Counted from the stretch's first letter, positions 1 to 13,719 are shown. The stretch is 64,000 bases of DNA from Rhodosorus marinus CCMP1338 (GCA_029953675.1 JAMWBK010000009.1:1674001-1738000), one strand, 5' to 3'. Notes: generated from the sequence alone by a model not told the origin. Numbers and translations: made by a program.

Positions 1-84
1 AAATCGTCAACGGGGTAACCATTTTTCCAAACTTCAACAATGACAACGTCAACTCTCAAAATCTCTGCTCAAATAACCCTCACA

Positions 85-99
85 AACAACAACAACAAC
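85..99. repeat. (AAC)5 microsatellite
   Basis: Five perfect AAC units read directly from the sequence. Confidence 0.8.
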
Positions 100-3000
100 A
101 CGTTCTTCCTTTATCACTCTATCTTACTCACAACGGTATCATACACACAACTCAGTCGCTCACGACCTTCCGTCCTCCCTCTACCCGAAGTCAGATATGA
201 AGCCTTTTATTATGTACTCACAAAAGCCCCTCGGCCTAGAATCCAGGTTTTTCCTTTCACTCTGCTGACGGGATGACAATTAAGATATCTCCAATAATAC
301 CTATCCAACTCCTTTCCACCCCCGCCCCCTCCCTCTCTCACGACCACGGCGGGTGGGAACATCCAGCTTCACTATTGTCTTCAAAAATTTAGTTCTTTTA
401 TCTTTTTTGGAGGAAATCTAAGGAAAGCCATGTTCGATGAGCAACTTACCCCAGGGGTCGAGACCAGGCGTCACGCTCCCCAAGCACTTGGGTTGGATTT
501 TGTTTTTGGTTTTCGAACTTTTTCGCATTTAGGAGCGGATTTTCTTTTGTTTTTCTGGGCACGGCAACGACCAGCCATAATTCGATGCGAAGCTTCTCAC
601 ATCTTCCTGAGCATTGCTGTTTGTCCGTAGAAAATTGAACCGTTCACTGGCAGAGCACTGACACCCCCGAGTATGCGCTTCCCCGCGCTTTTACCTTAAA
701 ACTTTCCCCCCTCCCCCTTTCAAAATTCTTGCAAATGATCGCCTGCACGGTGTTGGGTACCAACCCCCCCCTACACTTGCCAGAGCTGCATGTCTTCTTC
801 GGAGCCAACCAACCCGTATCAACTACGTGCAAAATTTCGACCACTAGTATTTGACCTCCTAGAGCCACTCTTTTCTATATTAGGCAAAAAGTCTTTTAAT
901 GGGGAAGAAACGTAGAATTGAAATCTAAAAGTTAGTTGAAATGAAATTACTTGTCTTTTGACTCTAGATTTGGAACCACTTATGTTTCAAAACACGCATC
1001 GCTCGAATTATGGATTCGCACTAAATAACGAACCCCGGTAGGGGTGACCAACATTCCTCCAGGAATCGAATCGATCTCTGAGGGGTAGGTTCTTGATGAG
1101 ATTGACCGTACACATTGATCCTCGTGTATTCTTGTCGCAAAACTGAGCTGACTACTATATTGTTCGATGGGATGAATTTGAAAAACTACAAAAATAGCCT
1201 TCCACCCGTGGGCTCCACCTTCCTCGAAAGGAATTTTTGATTCGTCGTCACAGTATACAAGATAAAGTAATTTATGTTTCAGTGCTGAGCTGGTCTGCAG
1301 AAGCGACGACCAAATTCAGTCTGGGGGGTTCGGCTAGGGTATCTGCCCGGAGATACTTCGTATATCAAAGATATACTGGGTTATGTGTAATATTTTTTTG
1401 ATCCTCACATTTTTTCCCCCCTTCGTACCATTGTGTTTCACAGCTTACACCCCTATAGCGTACAATTATATTCAACTCATTGATTATACTTCGCAATAAA
1501 CCCCGCTCGGACAAATCCAGGAATAAGTGGGTAGTGGATATGGCCGTAGAGGGGTCTGCAGAAGCCGAGACCAGGAAAATTCAAGAAGTCCCAGGGGTGC
1601 CAGGATTGGTACACTTTACCAGCACAGGACACCAAACAGAGAAAAAAATCAGGGGGTTCTCAGTTTTCAAGAGCGATTTGACCTACATTATTTCTCCAAT
1701 CCTGCCCCGCAGTGAATTGAGAGAAGGCGGATTTTTGCTCGCGTATTATTACTAAATATTTGTTTGTCGTATCTTCATAGCAGCTAACCCCTAAACGGAA
1801 AATGGGACAAACGTATCTTCTACATGACCCACACACTGTCTCTCTCCGACAGTTGGGGGGAGGAATTTCCGATCGGGCTGTGCACCGGTATCTCAATGAT
1901 CGATTCCCTGTTACTACTGGTCCTGAACGGCTGGAGGGTGGCTATTTTCATGTATTACCATATTTTCTGAAACAGAGATGAGAGCCCTCCCACTCCCTCC
2001 TCCCCTCATTGGAAGCTGGAACATTCTCAAGCCCCGCGTTTTCCCATACTCACATCTCATTGGTTTGCGCGCAACGGCCTTAGTACAAGCAGTACAAAGA
2101 AGCAGAAATTGATATGCGCAATTCGGGCAACAGAGCCGCCAAGAACACGGACATGCGCGCGTGCTCTGGGAATTCAGCTATAATTTACTTCGCTCTATCT
2201 ATGTCAGCCACCCTTGAAATAGTGGGAGGAAGCGTATGTAGTTTTGTCGCATGCCAGATGGGGACTGACAGGCCTTATGTAGGTTCAAGTTGACATCGCA
2301 TACAATGAATGAAATGCGTTCGCAGTCGCTACTCTACCTCTTATTATGTATTGGCCGGTTTCCAAGAATAGAACGGCGAAATTCAACTGAGAACTGGGGC
2401 TGCAAAAAAGGGGAATTCGACTTCTGTTTCTTTTTAAAGCTACGTAGTGACAAAAATAGAAAACACTCGGGGGTTGTCTGCTGTAAAGAGTATCCTGTTT
2501 TTAGAAGCTCGCGCTGAAGAAGATTACTAGTGTAGTCCGCACAACCACGTGTGGGCGCTCCAACCAAAGTGAAATGCCAAGTGTCTGTAGCTGGGTACTT
2601 CATGGCATGAGGCGCAGATTTTCCGAGTGCTACCATGAGATGATTCTCCGCTATTGTAAGTCACCTGAGCCCGTGCGACCTGGAAGCGTTCGTTTCTATG
2701 TCAGGAGTGGGCCTGAAAACTTTCGAAAACAGGGTTTGCGCGTTCCAAGTAGATGCAGCTCACCGTTAACGCTCCTATTTCACTGCAAAAAGAGTTTCTC
2801 CTCAGCACAGCATTGGGCGACCGCAGCCGGGCCCTGTGCAGACTAGCGTCTTTCGTCCGAGTAGCTTAGCGCTGGCTTCAGCTCCAAGTCCGGAGGCGAA
2901 AACGCAGTTCGCTTTGGGACTGCGAGGGTGTCTCAAATCAACAAGTATCCCACGCCTCGCAAGGAGTGCTCAACGTCTTGGCAAGGTCTACCACTCGCAA

Positions 3001-3271
3001 ATCTCGTAAGGAAAGCATCCCCAAGGGAAAAAAGATTAGGTATAAGAACCCGCGACCAAAACGTCCAGTGAGAGCCAGGTCAAGGCACGTTCGTGCCGAC
3101 CGGACCTTGAATGGTAATTGTAGCAGACGGAGCCGGAAATTCCGGGATCGACGTTTTCTCAACCCCTGTAGAACACGATTACGATGTCATCAGAATCAGT
3201 CTAACGAGCTGTGTTGCTCAGAAGCGTTAGCATTCTTAAACCATAAACGTCTTTGGACGATTGTTTACACG

Positions 3272-4004
3272 TCATACGCTGCATCTCGGCTCTTGTCTTC
3301 CTCCGGCCACTCCTCGTCCCACATTTTCTCCCTGATACAAGTACACAGCTACTGATACCAGAGAAAGTGCGAAGTTTATCCAAAACATGACAACGATAAC
3401 GTTCGCTCCATCATCAACGAAGCGCGCTTTGAGTCGGGAAGCTCTGTTTTGAACGGATGTCATAGTTCTGTGTGCGTCGTGAAAGGCTAAGACGTACCGC
3501 ACTAGGCTTCCCGATACCATCATCTTCCATCACAGGACCTAGTTTTAGGGCTTTTTCAACCCAACAAGCCAAAACAAGATTGCCTTTACGCATTCCGTTA
3601 TTGCCTGCGTTTTCGGGGAAACATAAGACGTTGGAGAAATATCCCGCAATCACTCTATGCGACCAAAAACAAAAGGTCCCACGGCGAAGGTCAGACGGTG
3701 AAAACAAGCGTACCCAGGGACGTGGAAGCAGAACCTCTGCATGGTGTTGAGCAAAGCATTTTATATTTGAGCAACGGCTCATACTCACGGTACGAACAGC
3801 GCGGTCACGCTCAACCATCCGTTGATTCCCCATGCTAAGAGAAACTGGAAAACCGAAACCGTGTTTTCCGCAGTGCTGGTCGCGTCAGCCTCGTGCGCAG
3901 CGCCTAATCCTGTCGCAGAGAGCACGAATAGCACCAGTGCGATCGCGGACTCAAAATCCGAGCAAGCCCGTACGCACGACATTGAACCTCAGAGCAGCCT
4001 CCAT
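3272..4004 (-). pseudogene. MARVEL-like 4-TM gene, tandem paralog of 5190-5904, apparently frameshifted
   Basis: ATG at 4004 gives MEAALRFNVVRTGLLG-F. A 4-T run (forward aaaa at 3953-3956) shifts the frame before FESAIALVLFVLSATGLGA. The last exon, NVIVVMFWINFALSLVSVAVY, matches the paralog's ILMVMLWINFTLSFVSVTA. I could not splice the middle exon cleanly in one frame. Confidence 0.5.
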
Positions 4005-5189
4005 TGTTGACCAAAAAATTTGAAAAGCAATCAGCTTACTTGTTTACGGGCACCCGCTATCAGGCAAAAAGGTGCGCTCTGTCCATGACCATCACAGTAG
4101 CTTCCGCTGTATACGAGCTTCTCAGCGTCACGACCTGGCTTCCCTCTGAGAATTATGCGGGGAGCCTCCCCAACTTGAACAACATGCAGAGAGGATCACC
4201 AAAGGACGTTGATTGGGTAACGCCCACTTGGCCAAGAAAACTAGTCCGCCAATACTTTGGTAGAATTTAACACTGAACGTAGCTATAGCTCAACCAACTT
4301 CCTTTGCTTATTTATTTTCAAAAAACGAAATAGATGCATATGGAGCAATATTAAACCAAAAACGATTTCTGACGTTCTCCCGTTCTCTGATAAACCAAAA
4401 ATGGCATTTTTTCGCTGGTCCTCCCCCATTGGAAGGCGGATGCGGAGCACGCTCAAATAGGTATTCTGATTCAACAGGACCGCTAAGCAGTCTTAACTGC
4501 TCGAAAACTAATCATGAACTTATTCATGATTAGTTTTCGAGATGGTTGAGGTATCGGTAGGACCAAAGTTCTGGGGATGACTTTGCGCTGTGGCTGGGTC
4601 ACTATTGACTGGGGAGCAAGCTTTTGGTTGCGGATTTCTTTAATGATTTGATCTTGGAAAGAAGTTGTTGTAGCACACCCAGGCGTGTATATCGTTCAAT
4701 CCTTGCTTCCTCGAGTGTCTATGATTGAGCCACAAAATTGAAAACGTAGGCATCCACATGGGCGAAAACATGATAACTACAGAACGAACGGTGAGTGTCC
4801 GAAGATTCGATCAACGGACTTAAAACATTGCCTATGGTGCTCCAATCAGACTTCGCTTTCAGATAGCGAAGACTGACTGATGCATGAACGCGGGAGAATT
4901 CGTGAATTACTTGATGCCGATGAGGATCCACGTAAATAACATGCTATCCAGGACACAATATGAGCGCCTTCATGCCCTCCAGGATCTGTCATCTAACTGT
5001 TGGATGACTCGCATGCTCCGGATTGTTTCGCAGCAGACTTTCTATATGGGTGCATTGAAAATGGACGGAAAAACGAGAAGAGATTCAAAGATAATTTACA
5101 CCAGCAAATAAGTAAACCCGTTTATTCAACAAATACATGCAAAGAATTCAACATTGAGATGGAATTGGGAGAGATCTCCAAAGCTTTTC

Positions 5190-5904
5190 CTATGCTACTA
5201 CTATCCCGGGTAGGTCAAGCTCCCTATCTGCAATCTCCATGTTTATCTTTGTTGTTTCCCTCTCTACCTCATCACCCCCACCTCTGATTTGAATCCAACA
5301 GGCAGTTACGGAGACAAAGGAGAGCGTGAAGTTGATCCATAGCATAACCATAAGTATCTACCCAAATGCAGGTTCCCGTTAGCACCATGTCCAGAAGATC
5401 TTCGGATTCTTATGACTGTGGCAACATTACCGTATTGAACTCTGCGTGCGTTCCAAAGTCGATTTCCACACTTGCAACACTGGGAAGTTGTTTTGCAGAC
5501 ACAACAGTTCCAGAAACGAGCCAGAAGGCCAAAGTTAGAATTGATTGAGTCCATCTCTCCAATCTTGCCGGCAGGTAGGTCCTTGTGCGGAAACCCAGAC
5601 ATATCCTGTTCAACGAAACCAGCGCACTTTAGTCGGTAGAAGCTCATACATATATAAAAGTGTAAGAAAAATGTGTGAAATCTCACAAGATGAGAAGAAA
5701 ACTGACAACTAGCCAAGCAATAACAACCCAGGCGATTGTGAATGCGAGGAACGGCTTCAAGTTGAGCATGTGGGCGTCTACAAAGACTTCGTCAAAGAAT
5801 TTCGCATCTCGAAACAAGCTTGCAGCGATGCCACAAGTAACGAAGGCTGCTATCCACTCCAAAACCAGTAGGGTAGTCCGAAATATTGTCAACGGCGCCG
5901 CCAT
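5190..5904 (-). CDS. MARVEL/CASP-like four-transmembrane protein (3 exons)
   Basis: Spliced product MAAPLTIFRTTLLVLEWIAAFVTCGIAASLF...AFTIAWVVIAWLVVSFLLIL|ICLGF...WTQSILTLAFWLVSGTVVSA...FNT|ILMVMLWINFTLSFVSVTACW...VVA*. Two GT-AG introns keep the frame, and four hydrophobic helices have MARVEL-like spacing. Confidence 0.72.
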
Positions 5905-7951
5905 CGTTGCCCTCAAATCGAGAGCTGAAACACACGCACACACGGACAAGATTTCGACAAGAAACAAAGATTGCAAGGCAGGTTCGCCTCGATCACTCTT
6001 CATTGATCTTCGTTGGATCTGAGCATAGATCTCATAACCTATATAAACCCATGCTTCCCACGAAAGTACAAACCAATCCCTCTCCGGTCTAGACTCAGCT
6101 GGCTCTCAAACAACAGTGGAAGAACCGCCATAGTGGAAGAAAGGTAGCATCCAGTAACCAAAAAATTAATATATATTAGAAAAAGAAATGCAAGAAGGGC
6201 TCCTTCCATACAACCTCATTTTCTGGTTAAAAACATTTCTATTCAGAAATTTACTTCCAGAAGTACTTCGCAAATATATTTCAAAATATTGGAGAGTAAG
6301 CTAGCTCACAGGAAGGTCCGTTCTGGAGGCTGCAACCATATATTACATAAAATCTTGAACGGGCGACATTGTCCAATCTAAAATCTTCCAAATTTCGAAT
6401 ATTCGATCTGCCTTTCATTAATGAAGGTTTAACTGTATTGCTGTTTTTTTTTATTGATGCAGGTTGGGTAGGACCTGCTGGCGACATCACGAGCTTCAAG
6501 ACGGTTCAATTCTTCGTCCCTGAGGGACAGCTTCAGCGGGGATTCGGAGGTTGTCAAGATTGAACAGAAAAGCTCACACTCGCGCTAGGTTTTAGACGTC
6601 CTCCGGTTTCGTAACTTGCAAATTTCGACCTCATTATCTGGTTCGATACGGTAAACTGAAGAAGAGTTTCGTGTGTATGCTTGCACGAACGGGAAAGGCA
6701 CGGCTTGTCTAATTCGCTGTGGTTGTTCAACGAAAACTTGCCCAGATATGATTGCAGGACAGACCAAAACAACACCTATGGTTAGGGGACGCACGAATTG
6801 CTCTTCTGCGCTCTGCTGCTTTCGAGAATGATGGACTAGTTTCTTTGTTCGGTTACGTTCAAAAGAAATAGACACACCTCCTCCAGTGACATCCTCTACA
6901 ATCCTCGTGCTTGTCTTCCACCCCTGTTCTAGGATCTCCGATGTGGCCGACGGCTTGTCGAATCCTCTGATAGCGCCATCACGTCCCCAGTATTGTTGGA
7001 ATCCCCATCGCTCACCTTCTAAATACTAAACCATTCAGCGAACTCTAGCTGGAGCTACTGAACTCTGCGAAAACGCTTGCAAGATTTTCAACTTCATGTT
7101 CTAAGTCGTGTGACAGGGATGGCCTCGTTGAGCTGTGTAGCCCTTGACGCCGATGAACTGGACGACTGTGCATGAAATGCTTTTGGCCCGGGGCCGGGGG
7201 GTTGAATCTTCTAGATTAGTTGCAATATTCTCGTGCCTGTGCATAGGGTCGATGGTGAGCTGAAGCAAAGTCCGCATGCGGAACTGGCGTCAACAGTTCG
7301 ATCTTGGGGGCGCTTACTAGCTTTTCAGAGCAGTATTCATGCAGTGAACATGTCGAAGGAGAGGTGTTTGGCACTAACATGCTCTGAAGCAGGGGCAGAG
7401 AAAACTGAATGCTTCTCTGGTCTGCTCAAGTTAAGGAGACAACTCTTTGTCCGGTTTTTTTAAAGTACCCATTCGTGCGATACACGGAATGACTACATCT
7501 CACATCTGTCATACACTTGAGACTTCTCCAGAAAATTAATCTATGCGCAAAGGGTATCTCCGCATCCTGGCTGAGCGGTCCTCCATAGCTTTGAGCAATA
7601 GCTGGTGGAATTGGCATTCATTTGCCCACACGAAACGATCCTTCTCTGCAGACTTGGAGAAAGAATTGCTATTGCCCATTTGGGGTTGCCGAACTCCAAT
7701 CAGATCACATCAGCTTATTGGTATATTACCCCAAACAACCTTACATTTCTCGCCTTCAACAGGCTGTTCCTCAAAAGCGCAGCAACGACCTCCACAGCTC
7801 CTGTAAGCGCTTATGGTCATGAATGAATCACGGTAGACTGCAGAATATAGCTCTCTCGTAATCTAGCAAGGACATGTGCTTCATTCAAGTGCCGCCTTTC
7901 TTGCCCGCCCTACTCTGCGAGTAGCATTGCTGTGGGATTGGCTGTTGCCTC

Positions 7952-8040
7952 TCAACAACAGCAACAATTATTCAGAGCCTGTCTACCCTGAGGAAGCGGA
8001 AAGGGAGACGCTAATGATGCGCGTATCAGAGCAAAGCAGC
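7952..8040 (+). repeat. Dispersed repeat copy 1 (partner inverted at 51846-51931)
   Basis: Core 7971-8016 matches the reverse complement of 51870-51914 at 40 of 46 aligned positions, with flanking CAA repeats and caaagcagc. Confidence 0.75.
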
Positions 8041-9383
8041 AGTCAAACGCTAGAGAGTCAGAGACAGCTCCGTCAAGACGGCCGGGGGCCTTGCGACAAA
8101 CAGCGAAAAGCAAACAAAACTGTCCAAAAACCAAAGCATTCGATGATCAGCGGCACAGACCCATGAGACAGCGCCGAGTCCCGAGAGGTTGGATGAGTCA
8201 TCGCCTCAGAGTACTGAACCTCGTTCAGTCGATCCTCCCCTTTACCCTCTCCATCTCCGTCGTTTTTGCGTTCAAGTTTTTCTTAGTTTTGAGGAATTCA
8301 GGTTGTTGTTCTTTTTTGTGCACAGAAGGATCTCACCAATCTTATTATTGGGGTTGTCCCATCGGGAGGTATTCGAATTTATTACCGGTATTACCGATAA
8401 TAAATTCGTAACTGAAATTAAGGCGAAAAGGCTGACATGTATTGTATTAGGCGGAAATAAGAACAAACCCAAAAAATTACCAGGCAAAGAACATCTACAA
8501 AGTAATAGAAAAATGGGGCAAAAAGGAAGGAAGAGAAACGCATGGCACAACTGGATTTGCTGGTTCCAACAGATTGAAAATACGTTCAAATTGATATTCA
8601 TTGAAACGACGACAGCTGTCCACTCAGGAAGACAGCTGTCCCAAAGTCTCGCCCGTTGTAGGAACCTGCCTTGAGCGTCCTTCGATACTCATTGATCCAA
8701 TATCATGCTGCCTAGTACTCTTTGAAGCTCCTCATGCGACTAGTGAGATCATTCGACAAATTGGCACTCTAATGGTCCCACAGCTCAGACTCAAACGGTG
8801 GCGTACAGGGTTGTCTCGGTCAAGTCGAGCCTTCTAACAATCGCGCTCCTCCAAACACGCTCCAGCAGAGTCTGCTCTTAAAGAGCATTTCCATCAAGAA
8901 CTTTGGGGGCATGGCATGTTTCGGCTTGTCACTTGTCCCAGAGAGTGTGGCGAAAAAGTCTGCTTAGAATGAAATGGGTGATTCGAGAGCAGCGCCAAAG
9001 TCAGTGGTTGTCCTGTGGTAGCTGGGGGGGTGAGAATCGAGAAATTGAGGTCCACACAGTTTCACATCTCCTGCACACAGTCCAGGGCTATGATGCGGGT
9101 GGTCTGAAACCTGAATCCCTCCTGGTTTGGTTTATATGACAGTTTGTAGTTCTTGCAAGCGCATGGGATCCTGACGCTGGGCCTCCAAAGTTGCACATTG
9201 CTATTGAGAGACTGCTCTTCGCGAGTCTGCGGTAAAGGCGTAGCTTTTATCTGTGCATCGTAGTGTTTATTAATAGAGCAAAAAACCAAAACTAGTTCTG
9301 ACAGTTACGATACTACACCACACCAGAGCAGGTCCGAAAAAATCACCGTTCCGGCGTGCTGAAATCGCACGATCCTTCACATA

Positions 9384-10213
9384 TCAACAAGAGTGCCTTC
9401 TTCGAAACTTTTGATCTACTGCGCTCAGTCCCATTCCATGGATCTTTGTGAGATGCGTTTTCAGGTGGTTCTTCCTCGAGAACCCGTGAGAGCAAAGGTG
9501 ACATTTGAACGGTCTCAGCTGAAAGTGTGTTGACTTGAGATGTCTCATCATCTCGTACTTTCGAAAGAACGTATTCTGGCAGATGGGGCAAGTAGCGTTC
9601 ATATACGTGCGCTTTTTCTTCATCCCGTCGTCATCTTCCAACGGCTGAACTAGGCTCAGTATCATGTCCGTTTCAATCTCGGCAGGAGTTGCAGTCTTGT
9701 CCACCGCTGGTTCTTTTCCGCTGATGATTTCTTCAATAAGCTTCAGCTCCTCATCACGGTTGAAACTTGAGTCCTTCTCCATCAGATCCCCGCTCGGCGT
9801 ATCAATCGTATACTCTGCTTCGGTAAAACTCGACACGTACGATTCCTCAAACATATCGTCATTCCAGAATGGTTCCACTTTCAATAGATCCATGCTCTGT
9901 ATCTTCTTCACCAGCAGGTCTTATTAGTCCGAATCTTCTTTACGTTTTCACTCACACTTTGCTGTCCTCGCTTGGATTGTTGCCCTCCTTGAGCAGCTGA
10001 TGAACATGAGCCACTTTCACTTTGGTGCCTTATAACCTCGACCTTCTCGGCTATGCTCACCCGCTTTGCAGAATCAACCATTTGCCACTGCGCTAAGCTT
10101 TGGCTATCGGGAGAAGAATTCCATCCACCATGAATTTGAAGGGAAAAACGAGGAGTCGAATTGAGCAACGCGTCTTGCAACGGGTCCCCTTGCACAGTTT
10201 CAAGCAAGATCAT
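9384..10213 (-). CDS. C2H2 zinc-finger transcription factor (two C-terminal fingers)
   Basis: CPICQNTFFRKYEMMRHLKSTH and CHLCSHGFSRKNHLKTHLTKIH, joined by an LRPFK linker, follow an acidic N-terminal region. The probable upstream exon joins through an intron at about 9897-9955. The 5' end is less certain. Confidence 0.85.
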
Positions 10214-11572
10214 TTCGATACGATTCGTTCATGAGAAAAGGCCAAGGGCGTAGGCGTAGCGGCCACAATGTTGTAATTTGCAAAAAGCTCGACGGGGGGA
10301 AAAAAAAACGGAAGGTTCCATGAGAATCGATCCGCAGGCAACCCGACCCCTCAGCTGGACATTCCCCCAAGTCAAACGAATAAGCCGAGAATGGCTCGCC
10401 ATGAAGAGAATTTGCAAAGCTCTTCATGAATTCTTCCTCGAAACAAATACACTCTATCTCAACGAGAAATATCTCAATTAGATAAAAAATAACGAGCAGT
10501 CGTTTTCAGTGGGAATTACACCACCACCCAATGAACGTAACTTATTTTTATCAATTTTTTGTGGAGAAGATTGAACTTCAACAAACTCACCAATCGAGTC
10601 TACTGCAAGCCTCAGCAAAAAAAAATCCACACCGAGAACCGATTAAAAACAACTGTTATTCATATTCATATACTAAGATTATTGAATGAAATTCCAAAGA
10701 TGAAATATGTAAGTACTTTTTTGCTCCTAGGCTGGGTAGCCAAATTAATTCGTTTTCTAGAGTGATCTCTCTCATCTTTTGGGATCCGACTTTCATTTGC
10801 TTTCTTTTTTCTTCCGGCAGTGGGAACTGCTCGTTTAGATCGTTACATTTTTTAATTGTTTTTTATATACCGTTGTTTTTTTCAGGAATCTTTAAATCTC
10901 TCTTGCCAACAATGAAAATCAGCAATACCACCCAGGCCAGGCAAAGGGGGAGCACCTAAGCAGGGACTCAGGAAAAAAGCGGCAGGGGCGAAGGTTTTTG
11001 GGACCATCGATGGGGTAGGTAAAAAAAGGAGGAGGTTTGGAGTTGAAGAAGTTACCATCGAAACCTACCCCAGAAGAAGCATAGTATTCACTTCATCAAA
11101 ATAAAAAAGAGGATGATTGTAATTTACCAATGATACTTTGTTACAGAGGGTAAGCGCCAGAAAAAGAATATTAATAATCAAATAATATTGCAGCGATACC
11201 TTGATAAAATTCTCATTTTACGATATTATATATGTAATCTTTCCGTTGTTTTCCAGCGGTAGCGAGTCGGATGCAATTTATTGAATATTCAGATGTTTGC
11301 GAACTAAATTCGTGAATTAACATAAACGTATGCAGATAGCGCTTGGATTAACGTTATTTACCAAATTCTACTTTCTTTTTAGGTTGAAGTTGATGCATGG
11401 AATAGAACTAATTTTTCTAGCCGAACTTTTTCATTTGTATTGAAATTCATACCGAGCAGGCCCCGCTTACTATCTCAGCATAAAGTATGTTTGTTTGTAA
11501 TATTTTTCTATATCAATAAAAAGAGTTTTATATGTTTTTCACCCACGAATTGGATTATTTATTAATTTTCTG

Positions 11573-11574
<2 letters not shown>

Positions 11575-11602
<28 letters not shown>
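11575..11602. repeat. (AT)14 microsatellite
   Basis: Perfect AT run in an AT-rich intergenic region. Confidence 0.95.
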
Positions 11603-11606
<4 letters not shown>

Positions 11607-13719
11607 CTTCCCCGTCCAGTTTGGTGTTCCCACTATTTCTCAAGCCGTTCGTCCCGGTAGGATCACAACGACCGCTTCAAGATTGAGAGTCGTAGCCGAC
11701 GTATATAGTGTTTTTGATATTTTTCCGTTCAAAACTATTCTTTGACGCGGTGGGGTACACAGTCAGTAGTAGCTTCTAGGAGAACTGCAGACGTTTTTCT
11801 TCAGTTATTCTCCACGGGTCTTTTTTCGGAGAAGAAATTTTTCGTCGCTAGTGCTTGTCAGTTAGCCAACTGACAAGGATTGCCAGATACGTAAGGAGCT
11901 ATTGAGAGGCCCTAATATAATGGTTTGGTAGGTTTTCCTTTGTGCTGAGCTTCTAGCAATGGGTTAGGAGACCCGCGCTTTCCCCAATCTGTTCGATAGA
12001 TGGTGTGAGAACTGATTGAACTCACAAGTAACTCGAACAGGTTTCGTTTTTTTTTTGCTCGCCTGCAATCAGTCATTTACCTCTCCCCTTCACTACAGAT
12101 CTTCCCTCACCGTTCGAGTTTTACATAAAAAACGGGGGAGTGGAGTGAGCGTGTTTCCGGGTGACGTTGCAGGCGCGAGCCAAAGTAGCAATCGATGCAA
12201 CCAGAAACCACTCCTTTTAGGCTCAAAAGTTTTCTATCAGTAGAGACCGTTGAGGGCAAAACTAGCGGAAGGGGTAGGTTGGAATGTGGAGTGATCCTTC
12301 TCTGGCGGATATATTTCAGGACATATCATTCCGCGATGAGAATAAGCAAATATGACAGAAGCTGTAGAAAATAGGCACACCATCCGCATCCGCGCACGGG
12401 GGTTGCGACACCACCTCTCGTTGCTAGGGGTTGTGTGTACTCGTCGCAAACCCCAGCGACTGTGTCTACGCGTACTCTGCCTACTGTGTGGAAGTACTTT
12501 TCTTGAACGCTGAGCTGAAAACACCGCTGCCCGCGCTTCGCTGATAACCGTCCGGGGTGGGGGGTTCCGCGTCTGATGATAACTGCTGTATTAGGTTGTC
12601 AGTAAATGCCTATGCCCATCCTTGTTCAGAGAATTTATTTCCACGTTTGCATTCCCATTGTGGCTCTACTTACTAGTCACCGCACCCTGCCTTTGTGAGG
12701 GGTCCGAGTCTTGTCGGGGCGTGGAACGCCTGTTTCCGACCGCTCTATTTCGAGATTGCATTCTAGCAACGACGTCAGCTCTGTTTTTCCTTTAGATGCA
12801 CTCGCGCGTGCTTGTTTTTCCTGCTACCAAGCGAAACAAACAAAATAAGCAGAGCAGAGCCGAGGCAATCCGAACAGGATCCAAAAGCGTTAACCGGATT
12901 TTTAGTGCAATGATATGTGCGAATGATTTGATGTATGACAAGCGGATCATAAGATACCTTGAGAATAGGATCATGAAATGAACTGACGGGATTGGACGTG
13001 CCCTGCGCTTGTTGAAAGAATTGGAAAACGTTCATCAATGCATCCGTGCGGGGTAGGGACATGAATTCGTAGAAATGGCAAACGTTAGCGGCTCGGAGCC
13101 ATGCGAAGCGAAGCCCTGCGGATCTTCACGCTGCCAAGCAGTAGGTAATCAAACTTTTTAAGGGACCCTTCACAGGGTAGCCATGATATTATAAATAGAT
13201 CACTTTTTCGTTTTTCTTCCGAAGAGATATGGCAGAAAAACGGTCTTCGTGCCAACGTCTTCTTGTAGGCCTTCGGCCGGTCGTTGGCAGTCGTACCACC
13301 CACGCTCCCGCATCTTGTCCGCAGTGTCGTCCCTTGGGCACTTTTCCGGTGGGCGGGGTTCCGTCCTTCGCAAGCAAACAATCTCTGGTGGGCACTGCGC
13401 GGGGAGCACAAAGAGATCCTATGCTTGAATAGCTCGGTATCGAAATTAAAGTTTCTAGTTTGCGGTTGTCGATTCGGTCAGAAGCCGAATCGGAGTGTTT
13501 AATTGTCAAAAAGTTCACCTTGAAGAAACAAAACCAACCCCTCAAGTCTCTACTAAAATGATGGACACGGTTCCCTTTTCCGATGTGCAAACACCGCGCA
13601 AACCATGTCAGAGCCTACGGGGCCCCCTTTCGCATAGCGGAAGGGAGGCAGTTGCATACTGTGAAACGCTTCCCGCTCATGTGCAACCTCCACAGCCTCC
13701 CTTCTACGTGGCGGTTCTC

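Noticed and set aside
3272-3833. Reading of HDAHRT...VIVV and GISSCV as a pogo/Tc1-type DDE transposase
   Set aside because: The segment is better explained by homology to the neighbouring 4-TM gene, and HDAHRT falls in a probable intron. There is no complete catalytic triad and no terminal inverted repeats.
8900-8965. FFATLSGTSDKPK resembling a GH3/adenylate-forming P-loop
   Set aside because: It is a short match flanked by stops, with no other family motif nearby.
10083-10099. agcttagcgcagtggca, 16 of 17 identical to the 5' end of vertebrate U4 snRNA
   Set aside because: Similarity stops immediately, no kink-turn or Sm site follows, and it lies in the probable first exon of the zinc-finger gene.
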